64,000 nt of DNA from Nitrospirota bacterium. Its GTDB lineage: Bacteria; Nitrospirota; UBA9217. Shown in pieces: positions 41,561-51,379 of this stretch. The stretch's first letter is position 1. The number at the start of each line of letters is the position of its first letter. The notes beneath the pieces were generated by a model. That model was not told the origin of the DNA. It was given only the letters and a program-made list of their open reading frames with translations, and made no database searches. Position numbers and translations under genes: made by a program. The DNA is taken from assembly GCA_963749655.1 (NCBI GenBank), contig CAVVOB010000023.1, forward strand, positions 79,819-143,818, written 5' to 3'.

Positions 41561-43160
41561 TTATCCCCTCTCTGTGCCGCTGCGCGAGGACAGATCGGCA
41601 GTTATTTCCCTGAACTGCTCCAACGCCGCTTCCAGGTCTTCCACGATCTCCTGGGCGATCACGTCGGGATCGGGGAGGTTGTCGGAGGCTTCGAGGGATT
41701 CGTCCTTGAGCCAGAAGATGTCGAGGCTGGCCTTGTCGCGGCTTACGAGTTCATCATAGTTATATGACCGCCAGCGGCCTTCATTTTTAACTTCCTCTCC
41801 CCTCGTGGGAGAGGACTGAGGTGAGGGGGACTTTTGCTTCTTCTTTCCCTTCTCCGTCATTCCGGCCCCCGAGCCGGAATCCAGTTGCAACCTTCCAGGT
41901 AGCCTTACGATGATGCCGATTCTCGGGATTGTAGCATTTCACAAACTCGTCGAGGTCGGAGCGCTGGAGGGAGCTTCGTCTTGAGCGTGAAGTGCATGTT
42001 CGTGCGGAGGTCGTAGATCCAGAGCTTCTTGGTCCAGGGCGTTTCGCTTGCCGGCTTTTTGTCGAAGAACAGCACGTTCGCCTTCACACCCTGGGCGTAG
42101 AACAGGCCCGTGGGCAGGCGCAGGAGCGTATGCACGTCGCACTCGTGCAGGAGCTTTCGTCCTGACCGTCTCCCCTGCCCCGCCTTCGAACAGGACGTTA
42201 TCCGGCACGACAACTGCCGCGCGGCCGTTCTGTTTTAAAAGGGTCTTTACATGCTGGATGAAGTTGAGCTGTTTGTTCGATGTCGTGGCCCAGAAGTCCT
42301 CGCGCTCGATGATATCGGTCTCCCGTGATACCTTGCCGTTCTCGGCAACGATGGTGGTGCTGCTCTTCTTGCCGAAGGGAGGATTGGTCAGTACGATATC
42401 GAACCGGTCTCCCGGGTCGGCGGCAAGAGAGTCCGAAACGATGATAGGAAGGTCCTTGTCGGTCCCGATGCTGTGGAGCATCAGGTTCATGGCGCAGAGC
42501 CGGGCCGTGCTCTGGACCAGTTCCCAGCCCTTGAAGGTCGAGCCTTTGAGCTTGCGCTTCTCGTCGGCGCTCATGTTCGGATTGTGCTTTACCACGTAAT
42601 CGTGCGCGGCCAGGAGAAACCCGCCGGTCCCGCACGCAGGATCGCAGAGCGGTCTCTTTCGGCTTCGGCTGGATCACGTCAACCATGGCCTGGATCAAAG
42701 GACGGGGAGTGAAGTACTGGCCTGCGCCGGACTTGGTATCCTGTGCGTTCTTCTCCAGGAGGCCTTCGTATGCGTCCCCTTTTACATCAGCGCTCATCAC
42801 CGACCAGTTTTCCTTATCGATCAGGTCGACGACAAGACGTCGTAATTTCGAAGGGTCCTGGAACTTGTTCTGGGATTTGTTGAAGATCAGGCCGAGCAGA
42901 CCTTTTTCATTGCCCAGGCTTTCGAGCATGTGGCGGTAGTGGTCGAACAGATCGTCGCCGTCCTTCTTTAAGAGCGTGGGCCAGTTGTACTTCGCAGGCA
43001 CGGCACTCGGCTGATTGTACGGCGGCTTCGTGCGCTCGTCGGCCATCTTGAGGAACAGCAGGTACGTAAGCTGCTCCACGTAGTCGCCGTAGCTCATCCC
43101 ATCGTCCCGGAGGACGTTACAGTAGTTCCAGAGTTTTGAAACGATTGCGGCAGGTGTCAT
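41561..43160 (-). CDS. hsdM: Type I R-M DNA methyltransferase HsdM (several frameshifts; REP-derived insert near the C-terminus)
   Basis: GQYFTPR, DPACGTGGF (across a frameshift), NPPF, LRLPTGLFYAQGVKANVLFF, SLDIFWLKD. Confidence 0.9.
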
Positions 43161-43193
43161 TGATAATTCCTTTTCAGGGTCAAAGATACTCGA

Positions 43194-43517
43194 TCAAACA
43201 GCGTGTAATTCCTTGCCACGCAGGATCCTCTTGAGGAAGGCGATCCGTTTCTTCGCTTCAGACAGAAGGGTGCGGTACCGCGCCCGATCTTCCTTGAGGG
43301 CGTCATAATACTTGATATCTTTGCCGAACAGCTTGCCTTTGTACGCAAACTGCACCTTGCCCTTTTCCCGCGACATGAGGTAGCAATACTGGCGTCCCTT
43401 TACATACTTTTTTACCAGGACCCCGCGCGGAAGCGCTGCCAGGGCCTTCTCATATTCCCCCTGGGCAAGCATTGCCTTCTTGAGTTCTTCTTCCAGGACG
43501 TTCTTAATAATTTTCAT
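43194..43517 (-). CDS. Small basic protein (107 aa), DUF6788-like; candidate DNA-binding regulator
   Basis: LPRGVLVKKYVKGRQYCYLMSREKGKVQFAYKG beta-sheet pattern plus coiled coil; directly under IR-promoter module P1. Confidence 0.7.
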   Translation of the reverse strand: MKIIKNVLEEELKKAMLAQGEYEKALAALPRGVLVKKYVKGRQYCYLMSREKGKVQFAYKGKLFGKDIKYYDALKEDRARYRTLLSEAKKRIAFLKRILRGKELHAV

Positions 43518-43530
43518 AACAACCTATCCC

Positions 43531-43578
43531 GTTACCATACAGTGGCTCGATTATATGATGCTGTATGGTAACCGTCAA
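43531..43578 (-). promoter_or_regulatory. IR-promoter module P1
   Basis: GTTACCATACA-N20-TGTATGGTAAC (43531-43572); minus strand TTGACG-N17-TATAAT with the -10 box in the spacer. Confidence 0.85.
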
Positions 43579-43650
43579 GGGATCATTGAAACTCCGGCTT
43601 ACGGCAATTCAGACCGGAGCACCCGCGAATGGTTGTTCAGGATGAGTACT

Positions 43651-43998
43651 TTATCCCCAGTATATTCCGGTCGGATCGCGGTCAAGCTCTGCAAAGACAA
43701 GGTCAAGGTTCTTAACAGGCGACAGATTTTCGTCCTCATGCCATTTATTATTTCGATCACTCCAATAGAGCATCCAGGTTTGCGCTTTCGGATTATAACG
43801 GAGCTGTGCGACTGCGGATTTTGTCCATTCCGTCATAGCCGGCGTCCAGGGGACGCGATTTTCCCATATCGTCACCGAGTTGCCGCGGAACGTGTACGAA
43901 AGCCTGATCTTATCCGCGACCCGCGGCGGCACCCGCTTCGCGATAAAGGCATCCAGTTTCTTTGCGACCGAGTTTTTCGCTGCTGCGGGAAGAGGCAT
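43651..43998 (-). CDS. DUF3024-domain protein
   Basis: AQLRY......WMLYWSDRNNKWH...DPTGIYWG. Confidence 0.85.
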   Translation of the reverse strand: MPLPAAAKNSVAKKLDAFIAKRVPPRVADKIRLSYTFRGNSVTIWENRVPWTPAMTEWTKSAVAQLRYNPKAQTWMLYWSDRNNKWHEDENLSPVKNLDLVFAELDRDPTGIYWG

Positions 43999-44040
43999 CG
44001 ATACTCCTCGCTTCGTTTGCTCACCAAGTAAACCTTACCG

Positions 44041-44088
44041 GTTACCATACACGTGCGCTAATTATGTCTTCTGTATGGTAACGGGCAA
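44041..44088 (-). promoter_or_regulatory. IR-promoter module P2
   Basis: GTTACCATACA-N20-TGTATGGTAAC (44041-44082); TTGCCC-N16-CATAAT. Confidence 0.85.
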
Positions 44089-44221
44089 GAGGTGTCTGAT
44101 ACCGAGACTACGGGAGGACAGTTCATTTGCGCAACAGGTCGCCGCAGCCTGAATGATCGATGACACATGAGTCCTGAACCCCTTTGACCTCAATCTATTA
44201 TTCGCCAAGAGACCCTTACCG

Positions 44222-44269
44222 GTTACCATACACGCTCCCTAATTATGCCACCTGTATGGTAACGGCCAA
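44222..44269 (-). promoter_or_regulatory. IR-promoter module P3
   Basis: GTTACCATACA-N20-TGTATGGTAAC (44222-44263); TTGGCC-N16-CATAAT. Confidence 0.85.
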
Positions 44270-44319
44270 AGAAGTTCTGTGTTTCTGAATCTGGTGAAAC
44301 ATCCTGCAGGTTTTTGATA

Positions 44320-44602
44320 GCCCAGGCTTTCGAGCATGTGGCGGTAGTGGTCGAACAGATCGTCGCCGTCCTTCTTTAAGAGCGTCGGCCAGTTGTACTT
44401 CGCGGGCACGGCACTCGGCTGGTTGTACGGCGGCTTCGTGCGCTCGTCGGCCATCCCCCTTCTATCCCCTCTCCCTCTGGGAGAGGGCGAGGGTGAGGGT
44501 GAGGGCGGTCAGCTGCTCCACGTAGTCGCCGTAGCTCATCCCATCGTCCCGGAGGACGTTACAGTAGTTCCAGAGTTTTTGAACAATTGCGGCAGATGTC
44601 AT
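44320..44602 (-). pseudogene. hsdM: hsdM 5' fragment (allele 2) with REP insertion
   Basis: MTSAAIVQKLWNYCNVLRDDGMSYGDYVEQL-[REP]-MADERTKPP...HMLESLG; ATG overlaps the parE stop (ATGA). Confidence 0.9.
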
Positions 44603-44898
44603 GGTAGTTTCAGAAGCCTTTCACTTCGCCAGACTCGAACGATGCGCACCTTGTTTTTATCATGCCGATAAACGATGCGAAAAGGCGGGTAAATGATCTC
44701 TCGCAGATGTTCGACATTGAACTCAGGTACGACACGGCCGCTCAGCGGGTGTGCGCCCAGCCGCTCGATCTTGGCGACGATCTCTGCAATAATCCGCTTC
44801 CCCACATCAGGCACGCCTTCGCCCGAGTACCATGCCTGCATTTCTTCAAGGTCCTTGATCGCTGATGCAGCAAACGTTATCCGTGCTTGTTCAGCCAT
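44599..44898 (-). CDS. RelE/ParE-family toxin
   Basis: F..SAIKDLEE...P.SGRVVPEF....LREII..PFRIVY...VRIVRVW. Confidence 0.9.
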   Translation of the reverse strand: MAEQARITFAASAIKDLEEMQAWYSGEGVPDVGKRIIAEIVAKIERLGAHPLSGRVVPEFNVEHLREIIYPPFRIVYRHDKNKVRIVRVWRSERLLKLP

Positions 44899-44902
44899 GG
44901 GA

Positions 44903-45172
44903 TCACTTCAGACCAAGGCGTTTTTTCGCCTCGGAGAGCGAGATCTCGCGGCCTTCTTCCAGGTCCATCAGTCCCTTCACCACTCCCTGCATAAAAGCGC
45001 GCTCTTCGGTTTCTTCCTCGTAATCCTTGAGCGATCGGACCACGGCAACCCCGCGGCCCCTGCTCGTGAGCAAAATAGGCCGGTGCGTCTCTTGCGCATG
45101 GGAAACCACCTTGCCGGGGTTCACCTTCAGGTCGCTGAGAGGGACGATGTCTTCGGAAAACTTGGTACTCAT
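44903..45172 (-). CDS. Phd/YefM-family antitoxin
   Basis: DIVPLSDLK...RPILLTSRGRGVAVV.SL.DYE. Confidence 0.9.
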   Translation of the reverse strand: MSTKFSEDIVPLSDLKVNPGKVVSHAQETHRPILLTSRGRGVAVVRSLKDYEEETEERAFMQGVVKGLMDLEEGREISLSEAKKRLGLK

Positions 45173-45253
45173 AGTAGACCTCCTTAATGGTACTCTTAAC
45201 AGGTCTTATTATAGCACTTATAGACAGGTCTGTATATAGTAGCGCTCCCTTCG

Positions 45254-46188
45254 TAGGGTCAGGTCCATACTCTTTACCTTTTATAGTGACCGCACAGAAT
45301 TCTGCTTACATAGGTGGAATGCACACCGAGGTGATCCGCAATTGAACGCTGCGTGTATCCGTACTTCTCGACAGCCTCGGCGATTTTCTTGTCCCGCTTT
45401 CCCTTTGTCGTCCAGTATACTCTGACTGAATATTTTTTCAAGTGGCGGCCTGTTGGCGTAACGCTGGCTCTTGGGTATCTCGGGAATGTCTTTATGCCTT
45501 CTGAGATGATCGGCCAGGCTGTCGACAAAATCATCTTCGCCGAGAAGTGCCTGGCCTTTAACCTCGTTCCAGATGGTTTCCTTACCGATCCCCCATTTTA
45601 CAAATTGGCGATACTCTTTCTCTGCCTTGGCTCTTGTTCGGCTGAATTGTCCGAGTATCCAGTCCGTGGTAAGACACGGGTGAGCCGTATCCTTCCCCGC
45701 CCGTGGCCCGATAGCTTGACCATCTCCAGTCTTCGGGCTTTTCCACCATCCTGGCGCGGACCGGATTAAGGACCACATAGCGGCAGACTTCAAGCAGGTG
45801 TGTGTCCTTTTGAATGAGGATGGCCTTGTACCTGCCCTGAAAAAGGTGGCCGGTCTTGTTGTAGCGCTTGTTACGCGCCTGAGTATAAACACCGTTTAAC
45901 TGTCTCATGCCGAGGGAAAGGTTTCCATCCGGCGTTTCTATCATGAGGTGGTAATGATTGTCCATGAGGCAGTAGGCGTGACAGAGCCAGTGATAGCGTT
46001 TATTGACGAAGGCGAGGATCTTGAGAAATGTCTCCCGATCCTGGTCGTCTTTGAACACGGCTTTTTTATCGTTGCCGCGGTTGGTTATGTGATATACCGC
46101 ACCGGGGTATTCTATGCGGAGAGGGCGTGCCATGAAGGGAGTCTATCAGAAGTTAAAGCAAAAGTCCAACAGTATGGACCTGACCCTA
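45254..46188 (-). mobile_element. TIR-flanked HUH/Y1 transposase element no. 3 (CDS about 45274-46133, frameshifted)
   Basis: MARPLRIEYPGAVYHIT.RGN, CLMDNHYH, LNPVRA, WSSY; perfect 18-bp TIRs TAGGGTCAGGTCCATACT (45254-45271) and AGTATGGACCTGACCCTA (46171-46188). Confidence 0.88.
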
Positions 46189-46237
46189 AGATGTTCAAAA
46201 ACCTACAACTTGGTGATGCATCACAATCCCGCAAAGT

Positions 46238-47160
46238 GTCAGGTCTTTTATTTTGGCGTTACGCCTTTCCCCTCACCAGATTGCTGATTGTTGAATAATG
46301 CATATTCAGATGAGCGGCTATCTGCTGCTGAGTATAACCATATTTCTGCACGGCATCAATGATCTTCTTATCTCGTTTTTTCTTGTCCAGTATCACATTT
46401 TTCAGGAATATCTTGTCGAGAGACGGCCTATTCACATACCGATGACTCTTGGGTATTTCAGGAATGTCCTGATGTTTCCTGATATGGGAGATCAGCCCTT
46501 CCACAAAATCGTCTTCGCCCAGGATGGACTGTCCCTTCACCTCTCTCCAGATTGTCTCCTTGCCGATCCCCCATTCGACGAATTGCCGGTATTTCTGCTC
46601 TGCCGTGATCCTCTTCCGGCTGAATTGTCCGAGAATCCAATCCGTGGTCAGGCACAACGCCGGTGATTCGCGGCCTGCTGTCGCGAGGTAGCTGGACCAT
46701 TTCCAGGCTTCCGGTCGTTCTACCATGCGTGCCCGAACAGGGTTTAATACCACATACCGGCATACTTCGAGAAGATGGCTGTCTTTCTGAATAAGAATCG
46801 CTTTGTATCGGCCCTGGAACAGATGGCCAGTCCTTTGATGACGTTTATTGAAAAGCTGTGTATAGACCCCGTTCAACTGACGCATTCCGAGGGAGAGATT
46901 GCCGTCTGGCGTCTCGATCAGCAGATGATAGTGGTTGTCCATCATGCAGTAGACATGACAGACCCAATTGTATCGCTTATTAACGTGCAGGAGTGTGTTC
47001 AGGAAGTTGATGCGGTCCTGGTCGTCTTTGAAAACGGCCTTCTTTTCATTTCCGCGGGAGGTGATGTGATAGACGGCACCGGCGTATTCTATGCGGAGGG
47101 GGCGGGTCATGCGGCGACAGTATCACAGGAAGGAGAGAATGTCAAAATAAAAGACCTGAC
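46238..47160 (-). mobile_element. TIR-flanked HUH/Y1 transposase element no. 2 (intact CDS 46259-47110)
   Basis: 283-aa RAYT-like protein with C-terminal HTH; 18-bp TIRs GTCAGGTCTTTTATTTTG (46238-46255) and CAAAATAAAAGACCTGAC (47143-47160). Confidence 0.9.
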
Positions 47161-47304
47161 CCTATAGGTTCGATTGCGGCAGGGGGTAACAGTTTAGCCC
47201 TTTTTGACTTTTATTGAGATGCAGTCCGCAATTTATTTGACTTGCGGGCTTTTTTAGGGCAACATATATGAGTATTTATACTCATATATGCAGGAGGCAG
47301 ACTT

Positions 47305-47583
47305 ATGAAACGAATCGATCTCTTGAGGAAACAGCGGGTTCGGATCAGGGAAGACATTGGGGCAATGCTCGACAGTTTCCTGATTGGCACCGTCGCCAAA
47401 TCCCCTTCCATGTCCGGGCACAACCTGACTACCAAGGTGGAGGGAAAAACCGTTACGCTGTATGTCCGGAAGGACATCGCCCCCATGGCAACAGAGATGA
47501 GTTTGCGGTACACGAAGCTCTGGAACCTCATGCAGAAGCTTTCCAAGGTCAACTGGGAAATTCTGAGCATGGAGAACAAATAG
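47305..47583 (+). CDS. IS accessory protein (92 aa, DUF6788-like)
   Basis: AGGAGG RBS; HNLTTKVEGKTVTLYV pattern; stop 2 bp before the transposase start. Confidence 0.75.
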   Translation: MKRIDLLRKQRVRIREDIGAMLDSFLIGTVAKSPSMSGHNLTTKVEGKTVTLYVRKDIAPMATEMSLRYTKLWNLMQKLSKVNWEILSMENK

Positions 47584-47585
47584 GC

Positions 47586-49130
47586 ATGCCGCGATATCCG
47601 TGGCCGCCTCACGATTTTGCCTGCCTTTATGAGCACACTTGCCCGTATCTTGACGGGTTGTCCACGAAGTGGGTGTTGGGACAGTATCGAAGCCTGGATG
47701 ACGACCGGTTGGAGTATCTCCACCTCATCGATATCTACCGTAAGGAGGTGCGGGAGCGGGATGACCGGATACGGGTCCTGGAGCGGGAGCATGCGGAACT
47801 TCGAGCCAAATATCAGGCCTTGCACCGTAAGCAGTTCAAGCCGAACAGAAAACGGGATGAGAACAGCGGAGGGGAAGAGGGTTCATCGTCAGCCTGCGCG
47901 CAAAAGAAGAAACGCGGGGCGCCTGTGGGACATCCGGGGTGGACAAGGCCGGTCCCGTCGCGGATCGATCGGACTATTCCGGTGCCCGCCCCGGCTGTTT
48001 GTCCTCACTGCGGGTCGCATGACTTGACACTTGAGGGTTCAATACATGAGCACATTCAGGAGGACATCGTCGTAAAACCCACGACTACGGTTACGAAATA
48101 TGTGCATGAGGAGGCGTTCTGCCCGCGCTGCAACCGGGCGGTCGTGGGGGCCGGTCAGGACGAGATCCCCAACGCCGCCATCGGGCCGCTTGCCAAGTCC
48201 ACGGCCGGGTATCTGCGTTATGAAATCGGCATTTCCTACCGGAAGGTGCGGCAGATCCTCTCTGACTTGTTCGGGCTTTCCTGCGTGCCGGCCTCGCTCG
48301 TGGGTTTTGACAACAAGGCCGCCAAACGGGGGGCGGCCATTTACGAGGATGTCCGCGAAAAGATCAGGGCTTCGGACGTGGTGCATGCCGACGAGACCTC
48401 CTGGAGAAATGACGGTAAAGGGCATTTTGTATGGTTCGCGGGCAATAACGATCTTGCGTTCTTCCATATTGACAGGCATCGGTCACAGGATGCGGCGAAG
48501 ACCGTTTTCGGAAAGGCTTTTGACGGAGTTCTGATTCGCGACCGCTATGCGGCCTACAACGGCATTGGTCTCGACTGGCAGGCGTGTCTGGCGCACATCA
48601 TAACCAACGCCAAGGACATCCGCCGGGAGCATGCGCTCCTGCCGACGCGTGAGCAGGATAACGCCGTCACCCGTTTCTGCGACCAGGTCGCCAACTTCTG
48701 CGCGCGGGCATGTGAGGCAGGGCAGAAACTGAAATCCGGCGAGAGCCCCTGGGAGCATGCGGCGAACATCGAAAAGTGTTTCATCACCGAGCTGAAGGGA
48801 ATCTGCAAAAGGCCGCTCTCGTTCAAACCAGCCGAGACCCTGAGGAGTTTCCTCGTCGGCCCCGAGCAGGTACATCTCTTCACCTTCCTGCGTATCCCCG
48901 GCGTCCCGCCCACGAACAATCATGCGGAACAATCCCTGCGAAAGATGGTGATCATGAGGAAGGTCAGCTTCGGCACCCGTTCGGACAACGGACTCAAAAC
49001 CCACAGCGTCATCCCTACGCTTGTGCAGACCGCGAAAAGACAAGGCGTCCATCCACGTGAATTTCTGCACATTCTCCATACTGCCGATGCCGCGACGGCG
49101 CAAGCCGCGCTGTATAACAATTCAAGTTGA
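47586..49130 (+). CDS. IS66 transposase TnpC
   Basis: Coiled coil, KRGAP.GHPG, CPHCG zinc finger, HADET, DRYAAY, QACLAH, TNNHAEQSLR. Confidence 0.95.
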   Translation: MPRYPWPPHDFACLYEHTCPYLDGLSTKWVLGQYRSLDDDRLEYLHLIDIYRKEVRERDDRIRVLEREHAELRAKYQALHRKQFKPNRKRDENSGGEEGSSSACAQKKKRGAPVGHPGWTRPVPSRIDRTIPVPAPAVCPHCGSHDLTLEGSIHEHIQEDIVVKPTTTVTKYVHEEAFCPRCNRAVVGAGQDEIPNAAIGPLAKSTAGYLRYEIGISYRKVRQILSDLFGLSCVPASLVGFDNKAAKRGAAIYEDVREKIRASDVVHADETSWRNDGKGHFVWFAGNNDLAFFHIDRHRSQDAAKTVFGKAFDGVLIRDRYAAYNGIGLDWQACLAHIITNAKDIRREHALLPTREQDNAVTRFCDQVANFCARACEAGQKLKSGESPWEHAANIEKCFITELKGICKRPLSFKPAETLRSFLVGPEQVHLFTFLRIPGVPPTNNHAEQSLRKMVIMRKVSFGTRSDNGLKTHSVIPTLVQTAKRQGVHPREFLHILHTADAATAQAALYNNSS

Positions 49131-49385
49131 AAAGAAAACCATCGGAGCATACAATAGTGGCGTGAAGACTTCCAACCTTGGATAATCAGGTCAGAGAGGG
49201 ACGCTTTGTCCTTTCGGCAGGTCGACATCTTTTGGGAGTAAAAAGGGCTAAACTGTTACCGGCAGGGTAACAGTTTAGCCCTTTTTGACTTTTATTGAGA
49301 TGCAGTCCGCAATTTATTTGACTTGCGGGCTTTTTTAGGGCAACATATATGAGTATTTATACTCATATATGCAGGAGGCAGACTT

Positions 49386-49664
49386 ATGAAACGAATCGAT
49401 CTCTTGAGGAAACAGCGGGTTCGGATCAGGGAAGACATTGGGGCAATGCTCGACAGTTTCCTGATTGGCACCGTCGCCAAATCCCCTTCCATGTCCGGGC
49501 ACAACCTGACTACCAAGGTGGAGGGAAAAACCGTTACGCTGTATGTCCGGAAGGACATCGCCCCCATGGCAACAGAGATGAGTTTGCGGTACACGAAGCT
49601 CTGGAACCTCATGCAGAAGCTTTCCAAGGTCAACTGGGAAATTCTGAGCATGGAGAACAAATAG
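49386..49664 (+). CDS. IS accessory protein (copy 2)
   Basis: Identical translation to 47305-47583. Confidence 0.75.
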   Translation: MKRIDLLRKQRVRIREDIGAMLDSFLIGTVAKSPSMSGHNLTTKVEGKTVTLYVRKDIAPMATEMSLRYTKLWNLMQKLSKVNWEILSMENK

Positions 49665-49666
49665 GC

Positions 49667-51211
49667 ATGCCGCGATATCCGTGGCCGCCTCACGATTTTG
49701 CCTGCCTTTATGAGCACACTTGCCCGTATCTTGACGGGTTGTCCACGAAGTGGGTGTTGGGACAGTATCGAAGCCTGGATGACGACCGGTTGGAGTATCT
49801 CCACCTCATCGATATCTACCGTAAGGAGGTGCGGGAGCGGGATGACCGGATACGGGTCCTGGAGCGGGAGCATGCGGAACTTCGAGCCAAATATCAGGCC
49901 TTGCACCGTAAGCAGTTCAAGCCGAACAGAAAACGGGATGAGAACAGCGGAGGGGAAGAGGGTTCATCGTCAGCCTGCGCGCAAAAGAAGAAACGCGGGG
50001 CGCCTGTGGGACATCCGGGGTGGACAAGGCCGGTCCCGTCGCGGATCGATCGGACTATTCCGGTGCCCGCCCCGGCTGTTTGTCCTCACTGCGGGTCGCA
50101 TGACTTGACACTTGAGGGTTCAATACATGAGCACATTCAGGAGGACATCGTCGTAAAACCCACGACTACGGTTACGAAATATGTGCATGAGGAGGCGTTC
50201 TGCCCGCGCTGCAACCGGGCGGTCGTGGGGGCCGGTCAGGACGAGATCCCCAACGCCGCCATCGGGCCGCTTGCCAAGTCCACGGCCGGGTATCTGCGTT
50301 ATGAAATCGGCATTTCCTACCGGAAGGTGCGGCAGATCCTCTCTGACTTGTTCGGGCTTTCCTGCGTGCCGGCCTCGCTCGTGGGTTTTGACAACAAGGC
50401 CGCCAAACGGGGGGCGGCCATTTACGAGGATGTCCGCGAAAAGATCAGGGCTTCGGACGTGGTGCATGCCGACGAGACCTCCTGGAGAAATGACGGTAAA
50501 GGGCATTTTGTATGGTTCGCGGGCAATAACGATCTTGCGTTCTTCCATATTGACAGGCATCGGTCACAGGATGCGGCGAAGACCGTTTTCGGAAAGGCTT
50601 TTGACGGAGTTCTGATTCGCGACCGCTATGCGGCCTACAACGGCATTGGTCTCGACTGGCAGGCGTGTCTGGCGCACATCATAACCAACGCCAAGGACAT
50701 CCGCCGGGAGCATGCGCTCCTGCCGACGCGTGAGCAGGATAACGCCGTCACCCGTTTCTGCGACCAGGTCGCCAACTTCTGCGCGCGGGCATGTGAGGCA
50801 GGGCAGAAACTGAAATCCGGCGAGAGCCCCTGGGAGCATGCGGCGAACATCGAAAAGTGTTTCATCACCGAGCTGAAGGGAATCTGCAAAAGGCCGCTCT
50901 CGTTCAAACCAGCCGAGACCCTGAGGAGTTTCCTCGTCGGCCCCGAGCAGGTACATCTCTTCACCTTCCTGCGTATCCCCGGCGTCCCGCCCACGAACAA
51001 TCATGCGGAACAATCCCTGCGAAAGATGGTGATCATGAGGAAGGTCAGCTTCGGCACCCGTTCGGACAACGGACTCAAAACCCACAGCGTCATCCCTACG
51101 CTTGTGCAGACCGCGAAAAGACAAGGCGTCCATCCACGTGAATTTCTGCACATTCTCCATACTGCCGATGCCGCGACGGCGCAAGCCGCGCTGTATAACA
51201 ATTCAAGTTGA
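49667..51211 (+). CDS. IS66 transposase TnpC (copy 2)
   Basis: Identical translation to copy 1. Confidence 0.93.
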   Translation: MPRYPWPPHDFACLYEHTCPYLDGLSTKWVLGQYRSLDDDRLEYLHLIDIYRKEVRERDDRIRVLEREHAELRAKYQALHRKQFKPNRKRDENSGGEEGSSSACAQKKKRGAPVGHPGWTRPVPSRIDRTIPVPAPAVCPHCGSHDLTLEGSIHEHIQEDIVVKPTTTVTKYVHEEAFCPRCNRAVVGAGQDEIPNAAIGPLAKSTAGYLRYEIGISYRKVRQILSDLFGLSCVPASLVGFDNKAAKRGAAIYEDVREKIRASDVVHADETSWRNDGKGHFVWFAGNNDLAFFHIDRHRSQDAAKTVFGKAFDGVLIRDRYAAYNGIGLDWQACLAHIITNAKDIRREHALLPTREQDNAVTRFCDQVANFCARACEAGQKLKSGESPWEHAANIEKCFITELKGICKRPLSFKPAETLRSFLVGPEQVHLFTFLRIPGVPPTNNHAEQSLRKMVIMRKVSFGTRSDNGLKTHSVIPTLVQTAKRQGVHPREFLHILHTADAATAQAALYNNSS

Positions 51212-51379
51212 AAAGAAAACCATCGGAGCATACAATAGTGGCGTGAAGACTTCCAACCTTGGATAATCAGGTCAGAGAGGGACGCTTTGTCCTTTCGGCA
51301 GGTCGACATCTTTTGGGAGTAAAAAGGGCTAAACTGTTACCGGCAGGGGTCATAAACTGATGATGCCTTTCTTTTAACC

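Larger units (their letters stand above)
47186..49259 (+). mobile_element. IS66-family element, copy 1 (2074 bp)
   Basis: 20-bp TIRs GTAACAGTTTAGCCCTTTTT / AAAAAGGGCTAAACTGTTAC; left flank CGGCAGGGG. Confidence 0.95.
49267..51340 (+). mobile_element. IS66-family element, copy 2 (tandem, apparently identical)
   Basis: Same TIRs and ORFs offset by 2081 bp; 7-bp spacer CGGCAGG; right flank CGGCAGGGG. Confidence 0.93.

Noticed and set aside
47268-47585. 620-aa IS66 ORF starting at 47268 (and 49349)
   Set aside because: The extension overlaps the RBS-bearing 92-aa ORF in another frame; the real start is more likely 47586 (49667).
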